Shown: one piece after another, positions 19,051 to 27,599 of the stretch | Layout of the letters: the number at the start of each line of letters is the position of its first letter | How positions within the stretch are numbered: the stretch's first letter is position 1 | Virus record (IMG/VR): IMGVR_UViG_2698536392_000015 | Span: 1 to 53,751 of that record | DNA length: 53,751 nucleotides | Reading direction: 5' to 3' (one strand) | Origin: a virus | Taxonomy: Duplodnaviria > Heunggongvirae > Uroviricota > Caudoviricetes | Program-made: the position numbers and the translations under genes | Notes under the pieces: model-generated | Told to the model about the DNA's origin: nothing | The model's input: the letters and a program-made list of their open reading frames with translations, nothing else | Databases searched by the model: none

Positions 19051-19641
19051 ATGAGGCATATCATGAGTATAAAATATCGTTATTTTAAAATGAATGAGCG
19101 CGATTCCCGTCATTATCACAGGGAATGGCTTGATTGCGCTGGCAGGGAGCGCCAGAAATTGATTGATGATTTTCTCAGTAATCAGAATGCCAGAGGGTAT
19201 TGTTGTTCCTGGTATTGTGGGGATTTTTTTGTCAAATCAATACTGGTGCATGAGGATGTTGATGTCGGAAGAAATAAGCGGGTGCTGTCTGATAAATTTG
19301 ATGAAGATGGCCGCGTTTTATTTTCAGTTAAGCCCGACCGCAGATTCAGAGAGGGAAAAAAACTGAACAAAGCACTGAATATCTTAAACGAGAAGTTAAA
19401 ACAGCTTCCGTCATTCAGTACCTGGATGGTTAATAAACTGGACTGCTATTTTGAGGTTTTTGGTGTCAGCAACGGCCGCACAGTTATGGCGTGCTCTTCT
19501 GCCGGGTTCTATGGCGACAAAGGGGCTGTTGTGGTTCGTATTCCTGTCGGTGAATCAGATAATGCCTTTTCACCTGAAAAGCTGCATCCGTCATTGATGG
19601 CAATCAAGCATTCCGAATTCATCGCAATAACGGAGGAATAA
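19051..19641 (+). CDS. Hypothetical early-region protein (196 aa), AT-rich
   Basis: Track ORF. Confidence 0.4.
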   Translation: MRHIMSIKYRYFKMNERDSRHYHREWLDCAGRERQKLIDDFLSNQNARGYCCSWYCGDFFVKSILVHEDVDVGRNKRVLSDKFDEDGRVLFSVKPDRRFREGKKLNKALNILNEKLKQLPSFSTWMVNKLDCYFEVFGVSNGRTVMACSSAGFYGDKGAVVVRIPVGESDNAFSPEKLHPSLMAIKHSEFIAITEE

Positions 19642-19644
19642 TTC

Positions 19645-20178
19645 ATGATTGATGCAAAAGTGCTTGAAGGGGTTAAAAACTGGCTGCGTTTTTCTGGCCG
19701 TCTGACCAGTCGTTCTCTGGCTGAAAAAATGAATATGCCGCTATCCTCGATGGTTTATTTTCTGCGTGATGCGGTTGATGCCGGGGTGCTGACGGAATGT
19801 AACGGTTTTTATGATATTCCGCGTCCCCGCCCGGTGCAGCCGGTTCGTCGCAAATGCAGCCAGGAAGGTGCGGCTGATGATGTTCAGTGGTGCAGCTTCA
19901 GAAAATCCCTGCCGTGGATTGAAGGGCATGATATTCCGTCGATGGCGTGGGAATTTGCTCAGGGCGTACTGACCTGTGAAACCGTTTATGTGGTGGCTGA
20001 AGTTGATGAGCAGGCCATGAAAGAAGGCGTGCCCCAGTTTGTGATGGCGTATATCGACATTCGCCTGGGTGTCATTATCTGCGGTTTAAGCGGCTGGAAT
20101 ATCACCGAACATGTTCTGCGTTACCTGATTGTTGACCGGACGGCTGCGCCTGCCGGGATATCTGCGGAGGTGGCGTAA
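19645..20178 (+). CDS. Hypothetical early-region protein (177 aa)
   Basis: Track ORF. Confidence 0.45.
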   Translation: MIDAKVLEGVKNWLRFSGRLTSRSLAEKMNMPLSSMVYFLRDAVDAGVLTECNGFYDIPRPRPVQPVRRKCSQEGAADDVQWCSFRKSLPWIEGHDIPSMAWEFAQGVLTCETVYVVAEVDEQAMKEGVPQFVMAYIDIRLGVIICGLSGWNITEHVLRYLIVDRTAAPAGISAEVA

Positions 20179-20693
20179 TGTTCTTTAAAACATCAAACCC
20201 TTCCGCGCTGGCTGCGTGGCAAAAATACCAGCAGGACTACAAGAAAGTTAAGGATGAGGCAAAACGTCTTGAGGCCGTGCTGAATGTTGATTGTCGGTCG
20301 GTATTTGTATCCGGTATCAATGGTTTTTATTTTAAAGGACTGCGTTTTACGGATAACAAATATCCTTTTCATCGCGACTTATGGCGAAAACCGACCGCGT
20401 CGAATGGCTGGAGCTGCACGCCGCGCACATCGTGTATTCCCAAAGCCCTGTGCGCTGCCTCTGACGAACTTAACAGTCTGTGGCGTGAATATTCGCCCGT
20501 CACGTATGCCAGAACCGATGCACTGTTGTTCTGGCTGGGCATTGACTTCTCAGCAATATTGCATGGTCCCGTGAAGTGGTTCTGCGTTGATGATGTGATT
20601 TACCTTCAGTGTGGCGTACAACCTGAAAAACAGAGAATGACCGAAATTCTGTCTGATGAGTTTTATGCTGCTGAAAAGCGAGTCAGGGGGTGA
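20178..20693 (+). CDS. Hypothetical early-region protein (171 aa)
   Basis: Track ORF, start overlaps previous stop. Confidence 0.45.
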   Translation: MFFKTSNPSALAAWQKYQQDYKKVKDEAKRLEAVLNVDCRSVFVSGINGFYFKGLRFTDNKYPFHRDLWRKPTASNGWSCTPRTSCIPKALCAASDELNSLWREYSPVTYARTDALLFWLGIDFSAILHGPVKWFCVDDVIYLQCGVQPEKQRMTEILSDEFYAAEKRVRG

Positions 20694-20696
20694 TGT

Positions 20697-21248
20697 ATGA
20701 TGATTTTACAACCCATGGGGCGAAAAGGTCGTGCACCCGCTCATGTCCGTCCGTGGACACCTGAAGAAGATGCGCTGCTGATTGCGCTTTATCCATCCAC
20801 CCCGGTTAAGGATATTGCTGTCAGGGTAAAAAGAAGTTTCTGGGGTGTACATAACCGGATTGTTTTATTACGCGGTACTTACCCGGAGTTGCTCAAATGC
20901 AAACGCCTCAGATTTAAACCTGATGAAGATAAATTTATCCGAAAAAATGCCAGGACGATGACCGGTAAGCAAATAGGAGAATATCTGGGGCGAGACCGGG
21001 ACTCTGTCCACAATCGGGCGCGATATATTGGCGTAAGCATGAAAAAATACGGAGAGTTGCTGCCCTTCACCCGCATACCTGACGATGATGTTCGTCTTAT
21101 TCGTGAATTACGGGATGCTGAATCACCACGGCGTCTTACCTTTAGGGAAATCGGCGAGAAATTTGAATTATCCGAGGGCACGGTGAGTTTTATTTATCAC
21201 CGTCGTCGGACTGCCGAAGATGTTGTATTACGGGAGTTAATGTCATGA
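20697..21248 (+). CDS. Hypothetical protein with HTH-like repeats (183 aa)
   Basis: Two HTH-like segments (WTPEEDALLIALY; GKQIGEYLGRDRDSVHNRARYIG). Confidence 0.45.
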   Translation: MMILQPMGRKGRAPAHVRPWTPEEDALLIALYPSTPVKDIAVRVKRSFWGVHNRIVLLRGTYPELLKCKRLRFKPDEDKFIRKNARTMTGKQIGEYLGRDRDSVHNRARYIGVSMKKYGELLPFTRIPDDDVRLIRELRDAESPRRLTFREIGEKFELSEGTVSFIYHRRRTAEDVVLRELMS

Positions 21249-21577
21249 TAACGACATTATTTGTTGAATCAGATGAACCCCTTGTGTGTGCCGCCGGAAT
21301 GCCGGTCTGTGGCGGAACGCTGACCGGTGTTTATTTCGGGGATTTGCGCGGTTATCCCTGGCATTCACTGAATGATGCTTTCCCGCCTGATATGGAGGCT
21401 GTCGTGCTGATTGTTCAGTATGGTCACAGGCAGGAACTGCGCATCGGCCATATGGGGTATGAAGGCTTTTTTATTGATGAAGAAACTGGATCCTGCCTTG
21501 AAGATGAGGACGGACAGGTGACGCACTGGTGCCATATTTCAGCTTTACCGGAATTACAGGAGACGCCCAATGGATGA
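21245..21577 (+). CDS. Hypothetical protein (110 aa)
   Basis: Track ORF. Confidence 0.4.
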   Translation: MITTLFVESDEPLVCAAGMPVCGGTLTGVYFGDLRGYPWHSLNDAFPPDMEAVVLIVQYGHRQELRIGHMGYEGFFIDEETGSCLEDEDGQVTHWCHISALPELQETPNG

Positions 21578-21710
21578 TCAAATAGTTGAATGTCCCACCT
21601 GTGGAAATGAAGCCCCGGAGTATCTGAAAGAGTGCCCACATTGTGGTGAGGTAAAATGTAATCACTGCGATATGGGCGACGACACTGCATGTATGAATTG
21701 TGAGGATTAA
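21570..21710 (+). CDS. Small zinc-ribbon protein (46 aa), below the ORF-track cutoff
   Basis: Manual translation MDDQIVECPTCGNEAPEYLKECPHCGEVKCNHCDMGDDTACMNCED with four CxxC motifs. Confidence 0.35.
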   Translation: MDDQIVECPTCGNEAPEYLKECPHCGEVKCNHCDMGDDTACMNCED

Positions 21711-22002
21711 TAATATGGAAAAAGAAATCAAATTTGCGCCTAAAGATATCGACGAAGAACTGGCTAAAATCGGCATGCTTGAGCGTATGCGGGACATTAT
21801 CGAATATGCGATAAAAGAAAATCTTGCAGCCAGAGAAGCCCTTTTGATAATGGAGCGGGAGATTAACCTGATTAAGGATGCTGTATCTCTGGATAATAAA
21901 ATAGCCCGCGAGGAATACGTTCGCCGCAGGCTCGGTGTTGATGGTTCAGCAATTCTTACATCTGAACATTATGCAAAAATCTTTAATCTTTTTTCGCGGT
22001 AA
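21700..22002 (+). CDS. Hypothetical protein (about 95-100 aa)
   Basis: Track ORF; likely start MEKEIKF at 21715. Confidence 0.35.
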   Translation: MRINNMEKEIKFAPKDIDEELAKIGMLERMRDIIEYAIKENLAAREALLIMEREINLIKDAVSLDNKIAREEYVRRRLGVDGSAILTSEHYAKIFNLFSR

Positions 22003-22222
22003 TGCCCATGCAGGCCCGGAGATTGTCGAAATGCCAGTTTGTATTAATATATGAGCCATCCTGGTGTCCCTCTGCGCTTTGGGGTGCGGCACTTTTTTGA
22101 GCAATATTGATAATATGTGTTGCCTCCTCACGGGAAATAACCCCCTTATCGAACAGGGTTACCATAAGATTTCCAGCCATTGTGAATGCGGCAACATCAA
22201 GGGCATTTTTTATATCTGACAT
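21983..22222 (-). CDS. Hypothetical protein (79 aa) on the opposite strand within the Mu-like early region
   Basis: ATG preceded by AAGGAAAAA; convergent with the upstream plus-strand gene. Confidence 0.4.
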   Translation of the reverse strand: MSDIKNALDVAAFTMAGNLMVTLFDKGVISREEATHIINIAQKSAAPQSAEGHQDGSYINTNWHFDNLRACMGITAKKD

Positions 22223-22242
22223 AGATTTTTCCTTTTATGTTA

Positions 22243-22272
22243 ATTGACATGGCGGTGCGGTAACACCGCCCA
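22243..22272 (+). terminator. Hairpin plus T-run upstream of the GemA-like gene
   Basis: GGCGGTGCGGTAACACCGCC followed by CATTTTTTAT. Confidence 0.4.
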
Positions 22273-22292
22273 TTTTTTATGGAGCCACGATA

Positions 22293-22805
22293 ATGAATCG
22301 CGCTTCCCTGATTACCTTAATACATGTCGCAAAACGCGATCTACAGCTTGACCGGGAGACCTATATATCCGCGCTGCTGGCAGCCACCGGCAAAACCAGC
22401 TGCCGGGATATGTCACCGGATGAGTTATCCCGCGTGCTGGATGTTTTCAAAAAACGCGGTTTTAAAGTGCGCCAGAAGCCGGTTAACCGGGCCTTAAAAC
22501 CGGGTACGGTGACCGCCAAAATTCGTGCCATCTGGAAGGTAATGCACCGGCAGGGCTTTATCTCTGATGGTGCGGAAACCGCCCTTAACCGCTGGGTGAA
22601 ATCGCAGACGGCCGCGCAGAACGGCGGCGAAGGTGTGGCAAACTGGCAGTGGCTGGAGCAACACCCCGCCCTGGCCTCAGATGTGCTGGAGCGTCTCAAG
22701 CGATGGCACCGCCGCAAAATGCTGGCCGCGATGGGAATGCCCGAACGCACGCTGATGGGGTATGACGCCGTTTGCAGGCAGTATGAAAAATCACTTCCCC
22801 GTTAA
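22293..22805 (+). CDS. GemA-like regulatory protein
   Basis: N-terminal pattern (LITLIHVAKRDLQLDRETYISALL...TGKTSCRDMSPDEL) resembling Mu gp16/GemA as recalled. Confidence 0.6.
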   Translation: MNRASLITLIHVAKRDLQLDRETYISALLAATGKTSCRDMSPDELSRVLDVFKKRGFKVRQKPVNRALKPGTVTAKIRAIWKVMHRQGFISDGAETALNRWVKSQTAAQNGGEGVANWQWLEQHPALASDVLERLKRWHRRKMLAAMGMPERTLMGYDAVCRQYEKSLPR

Positions 22806-22874
22806 CCCCAAATCCCGCCACAACGCGGGATTTTTATTTTAAACTTACCGGGAACGCGAGAACCGGAGGCTGAT

Positions 22875-23300
22875 ATGGCAGAAACTCAGATGAGCATGTT
22901 TGGTGGTGACAGTGAGCAACAGCACGCCCTTATCGACCGCCTTGATGACATCCCTGATGATGTTCTCAAAAAGAACTGGCCGCGGACCCTGTCTGAACTG
23001 GTTGAAGTCACCGGCGCAGAACTTCAGCGTCAGGGGATTGAGCCGGTACTGGCCGGTAAACTGGCACGCAAGGTGGCTGCGGCTCAGGCAGCCTATATGG
23101 GCGGACGGGGTTATTACCTGCCGGTCGGGGAATCTCTCTTTGCCGAGCTGCGAAACAATGAGATATTTTCGCGCTGGGACCGGGGCGAGAAAATTGAATC
23201 CCTTCGCCGCCATTACCGGATGTCAGAAACCCAGATTTATACCGTCATACGCGAACAGCGCCGTCTGCATCTGGCAAGAACGCAACCGCCACTTTTCTGA
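22875..23300 (+). CDS. Mor/C-family transcriptional activator
   Basis: C-terminal HTH ...LRRHYRMSETQIYTVIREQRR and YYLPVGESLF pattern typical of the Mor/C family; GGAGG RBS. Confidence 0.7.
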   Translation: MAETQMSMFGGDSEQQHALIDRLDDIPDDVLKKNWPRTLSELVEVTGAELQRQGIEPVLAGKLARKVAAAQAAYMGGRGYYLPVGESLFAELRNNEIFSRWDRGEKIESLRRHYRMSETQIYTVIREQRRLHLARTQPPLF

Positions 23301-23371
23301 TATTCCGCAAAGCCTGCCGCCTTTCCTTCACCGTTACGCTGACTCAGAGAACATCATGAGACAGCGTAACA

Positions 23372-23872
23372 ATGCCAAAACTCCCCGCACCACTGCGTAA
23401 AAAGCTGATTGCCCTTGTTCTGGCCGGTGCCGGGACGTTCACGATTGCCACGCATTACACCGGTTACTGGGAAGGGAAAGAAAACTCCACGTATATCGAT
23501 CCCACCGGTACACCCACCATCTGTTACGGCCATACCGGCCCGGATGTGAAACCGGGTATGACCCTGACGGATGAAGAATGCCTGGAACTGCTGGAAAAGG
23601 ACATGAAATGGGCCTTTGCGGCCATTGATCGGCGTGTTCAGGTGCCGCTTACCCGTGGTCAGACGGTGGCGCTGGCTTCGTGGATCTTCTGGGCCGGTGA
23701 AACGAACTTTCGCAACTCCACGCTTCTGCGCCTGATCAATGCCGGGCAGATGCCCGCGTCCTGTAAGCAGTATATCCGCTGGATTTATTCAAAGGGGGTG
23801 AAACTCCCCGGCCTTGAGGCCCGCCGTTCGGCGGATGAATGGTTATGTCGATACGACTTGCCGAAAGTCTGA
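23372..23872 (+). CDS. Endolysin (lysozyme-like) with N-terminal signal-anchor
   Basis: Hydrophobic N-terminus, then WEG...IDP...GTPT...CYGHTG spacing like a T4-lysozyme-type catalytic triad. Confidence 0.65.
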   Translation: MPKLPAPLRKKLIALVLAGAGTFTIATHYTGYWEGKENSTYIDPTGTPTICYGHTGPDVKPGMTLTDEECLELLEKDMKWAFAAIDRRVQVPLTRGQTVALASWIFWAGETNFRNSTLLRLINAGQMPASCKQYIRWIYSKGVKLPGLEARRSADEWLCRYDLPKV

Positions 23873-23946
23873 ACCGCTTCTGGCGACCGCTCATGATAGC
23901 GCTGCTGTGTGCGGTACTGCTGTTACGGGGTGTCCTGTGGCTGCGG

Positions 23947-24335
23947 TGAATAATGCCTTACCGGCCCTGATTGCCGGGGCGTGCATGGCGGCGCTGGGGA
24001 TTATCGCTGTACTGGTTGCCGCGATATGGGGAATGCACCAGAAGACACAGCGCCTTGAAGACAATAATCAGGTGCTTGTGCGTGAGCGGGATGAGGCGCG
24101 TCAGGTGCTGGCAAATCAGCAGCACACCCTGCAACTCATTTCACAAATCAGTGAGGCGGCCACGAATGAAAAGCAACAGAACATTCAGCACAGCGAGGAG
24201 CAGCAGAGCGTTGTCCGCCGGTCGCTGGCAGCAGTGCCTGCGGCCTCTGTCCCTGTTCCTGATGATGTGGCTGACCGGGTGCGCCGGGCCGTCTGTGAAA
24301 TACGTGCCTGTGAAGCCGGTGCCGATCCCCGCTGA
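23947..24335 (+). CDS. Putative i-spanin (Rz-like); start uncertain
   Basis: TM segment ALPALIAGACMAALGIIAVLVAAIWG followed by Q/R-rich coiled-coil-like region; track ORF 23814..24335. Confidence 0.4.
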
Positions 24336-24537
24336 ATGGCTGGCTGACTGCCTGGTCCCTCCTGCGCCGGAGCCGTTCACGTTTGGGGCATCGGTCACTT
24401 ACAACCTGCAACTGCTGGCGGTGATCAAGAACTGCAACGTGGATAAGGCCAGTATTCGTCGTCTGGAGGCGCGGCGACAACATGAATTTACTGATATGGC
24501 CGGAACGCCTGCTGTTCCGGCAGGAAAGACGAAGTAA
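24166..24537 (+). CDS. Putative o-spanin lipoprotein (Rz1-like) overlapping the i-spanin in another frame
   Basis: Lipobox-like LTGC after a hydrophobic stretch, proline-rich mature region; track ORF 23971..24537. Confidence 0.4.
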   Translation: MKSNRTFSTARSSRALSAGRWQQCLRPLSLFLMMWLTGCAGPSVKYVPVKPVPIPAEWLADCLVPPAPEPFTFGASVTYNLQLLAVIKNCNVDKASIRRLEARRQHEFTDMAGTPAVPAGKTK

Positions 24538-24547
24538 GGAAAAAGGT

Positions 24548-24775
24548 ATGGATGATTCAGATCGTGCTCAGGCTGTGATGGAGCGGGGATCAGAACGCGC
24601 CCTTTGTAACCGGCTGACACGTAAGCGCCGGGCAGTGGATGCTCCGGGCAGACGTGTCTGCGCGGACTGTGGCGGAGAGATCCCCGCCGCACGTCTTGTT
24701 GCTGTGCCGGATGCCATCCGTTGTGTGAACTGCCAGAACATCATGGAGGCCCGTCATGTGGGTCAGCATCGTTAA
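24548..24775 (+). CDS. TraR/DksA-type C4 zinc-finger protein
   Basis: CADCGGEIP...CVNCQ motif; ATG 24548 after AAGGAAAAAGG. Confidence 0.6.
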   Translation: MDDSDRAQAVMERGSERALCNRLTRKRRAVDAPGRRVCADCGGEIPAARLVAVPDAIRCVNCQNIMEARHVGQHR

Positions 24776-25064
24776 AGATTATGTTGTGCCGATCCTTTCG
24801 GCGACGGCAACCGCTGGCGGGATATTCATGGCGCTGATGCGCAAAACGTTTGTCCCCCGCGAGGCCTTTGAAAAACTCTCCGACCGCGTTGAGAAGGTGG
24901 AAACCCGCCTGTCGTCACTGCCGACGGAAGCCGAGGTCAACCGTCTGAATGTGGAAATCGTGACCCTGCGGGGCGAACTGAAAACCACGAACGCCACGCT
25001 CCGCTCTGTCTCCTATCAGAACGAACTGCTGCTGGAGCAGGCTGTAAGGAAAAAAACGCAATGA
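24756..25064 (+). CDS. Small membrane protein (102 aa)
   Basis: ATG 24756 with GGAGG RBS; one predicted TM helix. Confidence 0.45.
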   Translation: MWVSIVKDYVVPILSATATAGGIFMALMRKTFVPREAFEKLSDRVEKVETRLSSLPTEAEVNRLNVEIVTLRGELKTTNATLRSVSYQNELLLEQAVRKKTQ

Positions 25065-25351
25065 GTGATTTCATTACTGAAGATCAGCGTCTGGTCATTC
25101 TGCGGTCGCTGGCAGATTACAACGGTGAACTGGGTGAATCCGTGCTCCAAGACTGTCTGGATGATTACGGCCACCGCGTGTCCCGCGACACCGTTCACAC
25201 CCACATTGCCTGGCTTGCCGAGCAGGGACTGGTGCGCAAACGCGTTCTGATTAACGGTTATTTCATCGCGGAACTGACCGGTCGTGGGCAGGATGTGGCG
25301 GAAGGCCGGGCCTGCGTTCCGGGTGTGAAGAAACCACGCGCAAGGGGGTAG
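25061..25351 (+). CDS. Hypothetical late protein (96 aa)
   Basis: Track ORF upstream of terminase genes. Confidence 0.45.
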   Translation: MSDFITEDQRLVILRSLADYNGELGESVLQDCLDDYGHRVSRDTVHTHIAWLAEQGLVRKRVLINGYFIAELTGRGQDVAEGRACVPGVKKPRARG

Positions 25352-25353
25352 CG

Positions 25354-25935
25354 ATGGACAAGCCGACGCGTGGCCGCGTGCGCAAGGTGGATTTGCTCCC
25401 CGACAGCATCCGTAAGCCGCTGCTGGAAATGCTGCGTGAAAAACGTCTGACGCAGGTCCAGATCCGCGAGGAAATCAACCGTCTGATCCGCGAGGCAGGC
25501 CTGCCGGAAGAGCAGCAGCTTTCACCGGCGGCCATCAGCCGGGAAGCCTCCCGTAATGAGCTGATTGCCCGTAACCTGCGTGATTTACGCGAGCAGACAA
25601 AAGCCATGATGGCCGAACTGGGGGACAAGCCGACCGGTGAAACCACGGCACTGATTCTGGAGATGTCCCGCGCCCTGATGTACCGCCGTCTGCGTGCCGC
25701 GACCGAATCCCTGAACAGTGACAGCGACGTGGATATGCGTCTTATTAAGGACATCCTCCTGTCAGCACAGCGTGCGGAAAGTGCCGCCGAGCGCAGCATT
25801 AAACGTGAAAAAGAAATCCGGGCTGCATTTGCTGAAGAGATGGCAAACGCCGTCACCGACGAGCTGCGCGGCGTGGACGGGATGAGTGAACAGCTTGAGT
25901 CCCGTATTAAGGGAATTCTGTTGGGTAAAGCCTGA
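25354..25935 (+). CDS. Putative terminase small subunit (Mu gp27-like)
   Basis: Position immediately upstream of the large terminase; charged helical protein. Confidence 0.5.
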   Translation: MDKPTRGRVRKVDLLPDSIRKPLLEMLREKRLTQVQIREEINRLIREAGLPEEQQLSPAAISREASRNELIARNLRDLREQTKAMMAELGDKPTGETTALILEMSRALMYRRLRAATESLNSDSDVDMRLIKDILLSAQRAESAAERSIKREKEIRAAFAEEMANAVTDELRGVDGMSEQLESRIKGILLGKA

Positions 25936-27599
25936 TGAATAACGCCGAAGAACTCTCCCCCTTACTGACGAATACCGTCTCCACCCGCAAAATTGATCTG
26001 GCCGGTGAAAAAGCCCTGCTGGGCGTGGATGTGCCGGACAGCCTTGATTTGCCCGGTGATATGCCGGTGTTTCTGGATTATCAGGCCCGCTGGTTTGAGG
26101 ATGAAAGTGAGGTCTGCATCGCGGAAAAATCCCGCCGCACCGGGCTTACCTGGGCGGAAGCCGGGCGTAACGTCATTACCGCTGCAAAACCGAAGCGGCG
26201 TGGTGGCCGTAATGTGTTTTATGTGGGGTCAAAGCAGGAGATGGCGCTGGAATATATTTCTGCCTGCGCACTGTTCTCCCGTGCCTTTAACCAGCTGGCC
26301 GATGCTGATGTGTATGAGCAGACCTTCTGGGATCGGGATAAAAAAGAAGAAATTCTGACCTACATGATCCGCTTTCCGAACAGTGGATTCAAAATTCAGG
26401 CACTGTCTTCCCGTCCGTCAAACCTGCGCGGCCTTCAGGGGGATGTGGTGATTGATGAAGCCGCGTTCCACGAGTCACTGGATGAGCTTCTCAAGGCGGC
26501 AATGGCGCTCACCATGTGGGGCGCGCGCGTGCGTATTATCTCCACGCATAACGGCGTCGATAATCTGTTTAATCAGTACATTCAGGAAGCCCGCGAGGGA
26601 CGCAAGGATTACAGTGTCCACCGCATAACCCTGGATGATGCCATTGCGGACGGGCTGTACCGTCGTATCTGTTATGTCACCGGCCGCGAATGGTCACCGG
26701 AAAGCGAGCAGAAGTGGCGTGATGATCTCTACAAAAACGCCCCGACCCGTGAGGATGCCGACGAGGAATACGGCTGTATCCCGAAAAAATCCGGCGGTGC
26801 CTATATTCCTCACGCGCTTATTGAAATGGCGATGATCCGCGACATCCCGATTCTGACGTTTGAAGCCCCGGACGACTTCATCAGCCGTGCCGCATGGCTG
26901 CGTGAATCGGAGGTTTTAACCTGGTGTGAAGAACATTTAAAACCGCTTTTAGAGGCGTTAAATCCCCGTTCCCGCTTCAGCTTCGGGGAAGACTTTGCCC
27001 GCACCGGTGACCTCTCCTGCTTTGTGCTGCTGGAAATCACTGAATCCCTGGCAAAACGCGAGGTGTTTCGCGTGGAGCTGCGCAACCTGCCGTTTGCCCA
27101 GCAGGAGCAGGTGATGATGTACATCCTGACCCGCGTTCCGGCGCTGGTCGGTGCGGCGTTCGACGCCACCGGTAACGGCGGCTATCTGGCCGAAGCCGCG
27201 CTGCTGGCCTTTGGCCCGGACATCATCGACTGCGTGATGTTATCGCCGAAGTGGTACGGCGAGTGGATGCCAAAACTGAAGGCCGAGTTTGAGGATCAGA
27301 ATATCCTCATCGCCCGCCATCAGACCACGCTTGATGATTTGCGCCATGTGAAGGTGGTGAACGGTATCCCGCAAATCGACAAGGGGCGCACGAAGGACCA
27401 GAACGCAACGGCTGTGAACGCCCGCCGCCATGGCGATTTTGCCGTGGCGCTCTGTATGGCAAACCGGGCGTCATACATGGAGGGCTTCATCCTGGATGAA
27501 TCAGCCTGTCAGGCGCTGCCGGAGCGGTCGCGGGCAATGGAGGGCGGTTATCGTGATGACGATGAGGCATATCATGAATTTGATCGGGGGTGCTGGTAG
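25935..27599 (+). CDS. Terminase large subunit (Mu gp28-like)
   Basis: 554 aa, position and size; Walker-B-like VVIDEAAF. Confidence 0.8.
   Translation: MNNAEELSPLLTNTVSTRKIDLAGEKALLGVDVPDSLDLPGDMPVFLDYQARWFEDESEVCIAEKSRRTGLTWAEAGRNVITAAKPKRRGGRNVFYVGSKQEMALEYISACALFSRAFNQLADADVYEQTFWDRDKKEEILTYMIRFPNSGFKIQALSSRPSNLRGLQGDVVIDEAAFHESLDELLKAAMALTMWGARVRIISTHNGVDNLFNQYIQEAREGRKDYSVHRITLDDAIADGLYRRICYVTGREWSPESEQKWRDDLYKNAPTREDADEEYGCIPKKSGGAYIPHALIEMAMIRDIPILTFEAPDDFISRAAWLRESEVLTWCEEHLKPLLEALNPRSRFSFGEDFARTGDLSCFVLLEITESLAKREVFRVELRNLPFAQQEQVMMYILTRVPALVGAAFDATGNGGYLAEAALLAFGPDIIDCVMLSPKWYGEWMPKLKAEFEDQNILIARHQTTLDDLRHVKVVNGIPQIDKGRTKDQNATAVNARRHGDFAVALCMANRASYMEGFILDESACQALPERSRAMEGGYRDDDEAYHEFDRGCW

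Noticed and set aside
22900-23400. 166-aa track ORF in an alternative frame across the Mor/C-family gene
   Set aside because: Overlaps a well-supported gene with RBS and family motif; product is low complexity.
25263-25856. 197-aa minus-strand ORF rich in Arg/Ser
   Set aside because: Antisense to the terminase small subunit-like gene in a conserved plus-strand late operon; composition is a GC-rich reverse-frame artefact.
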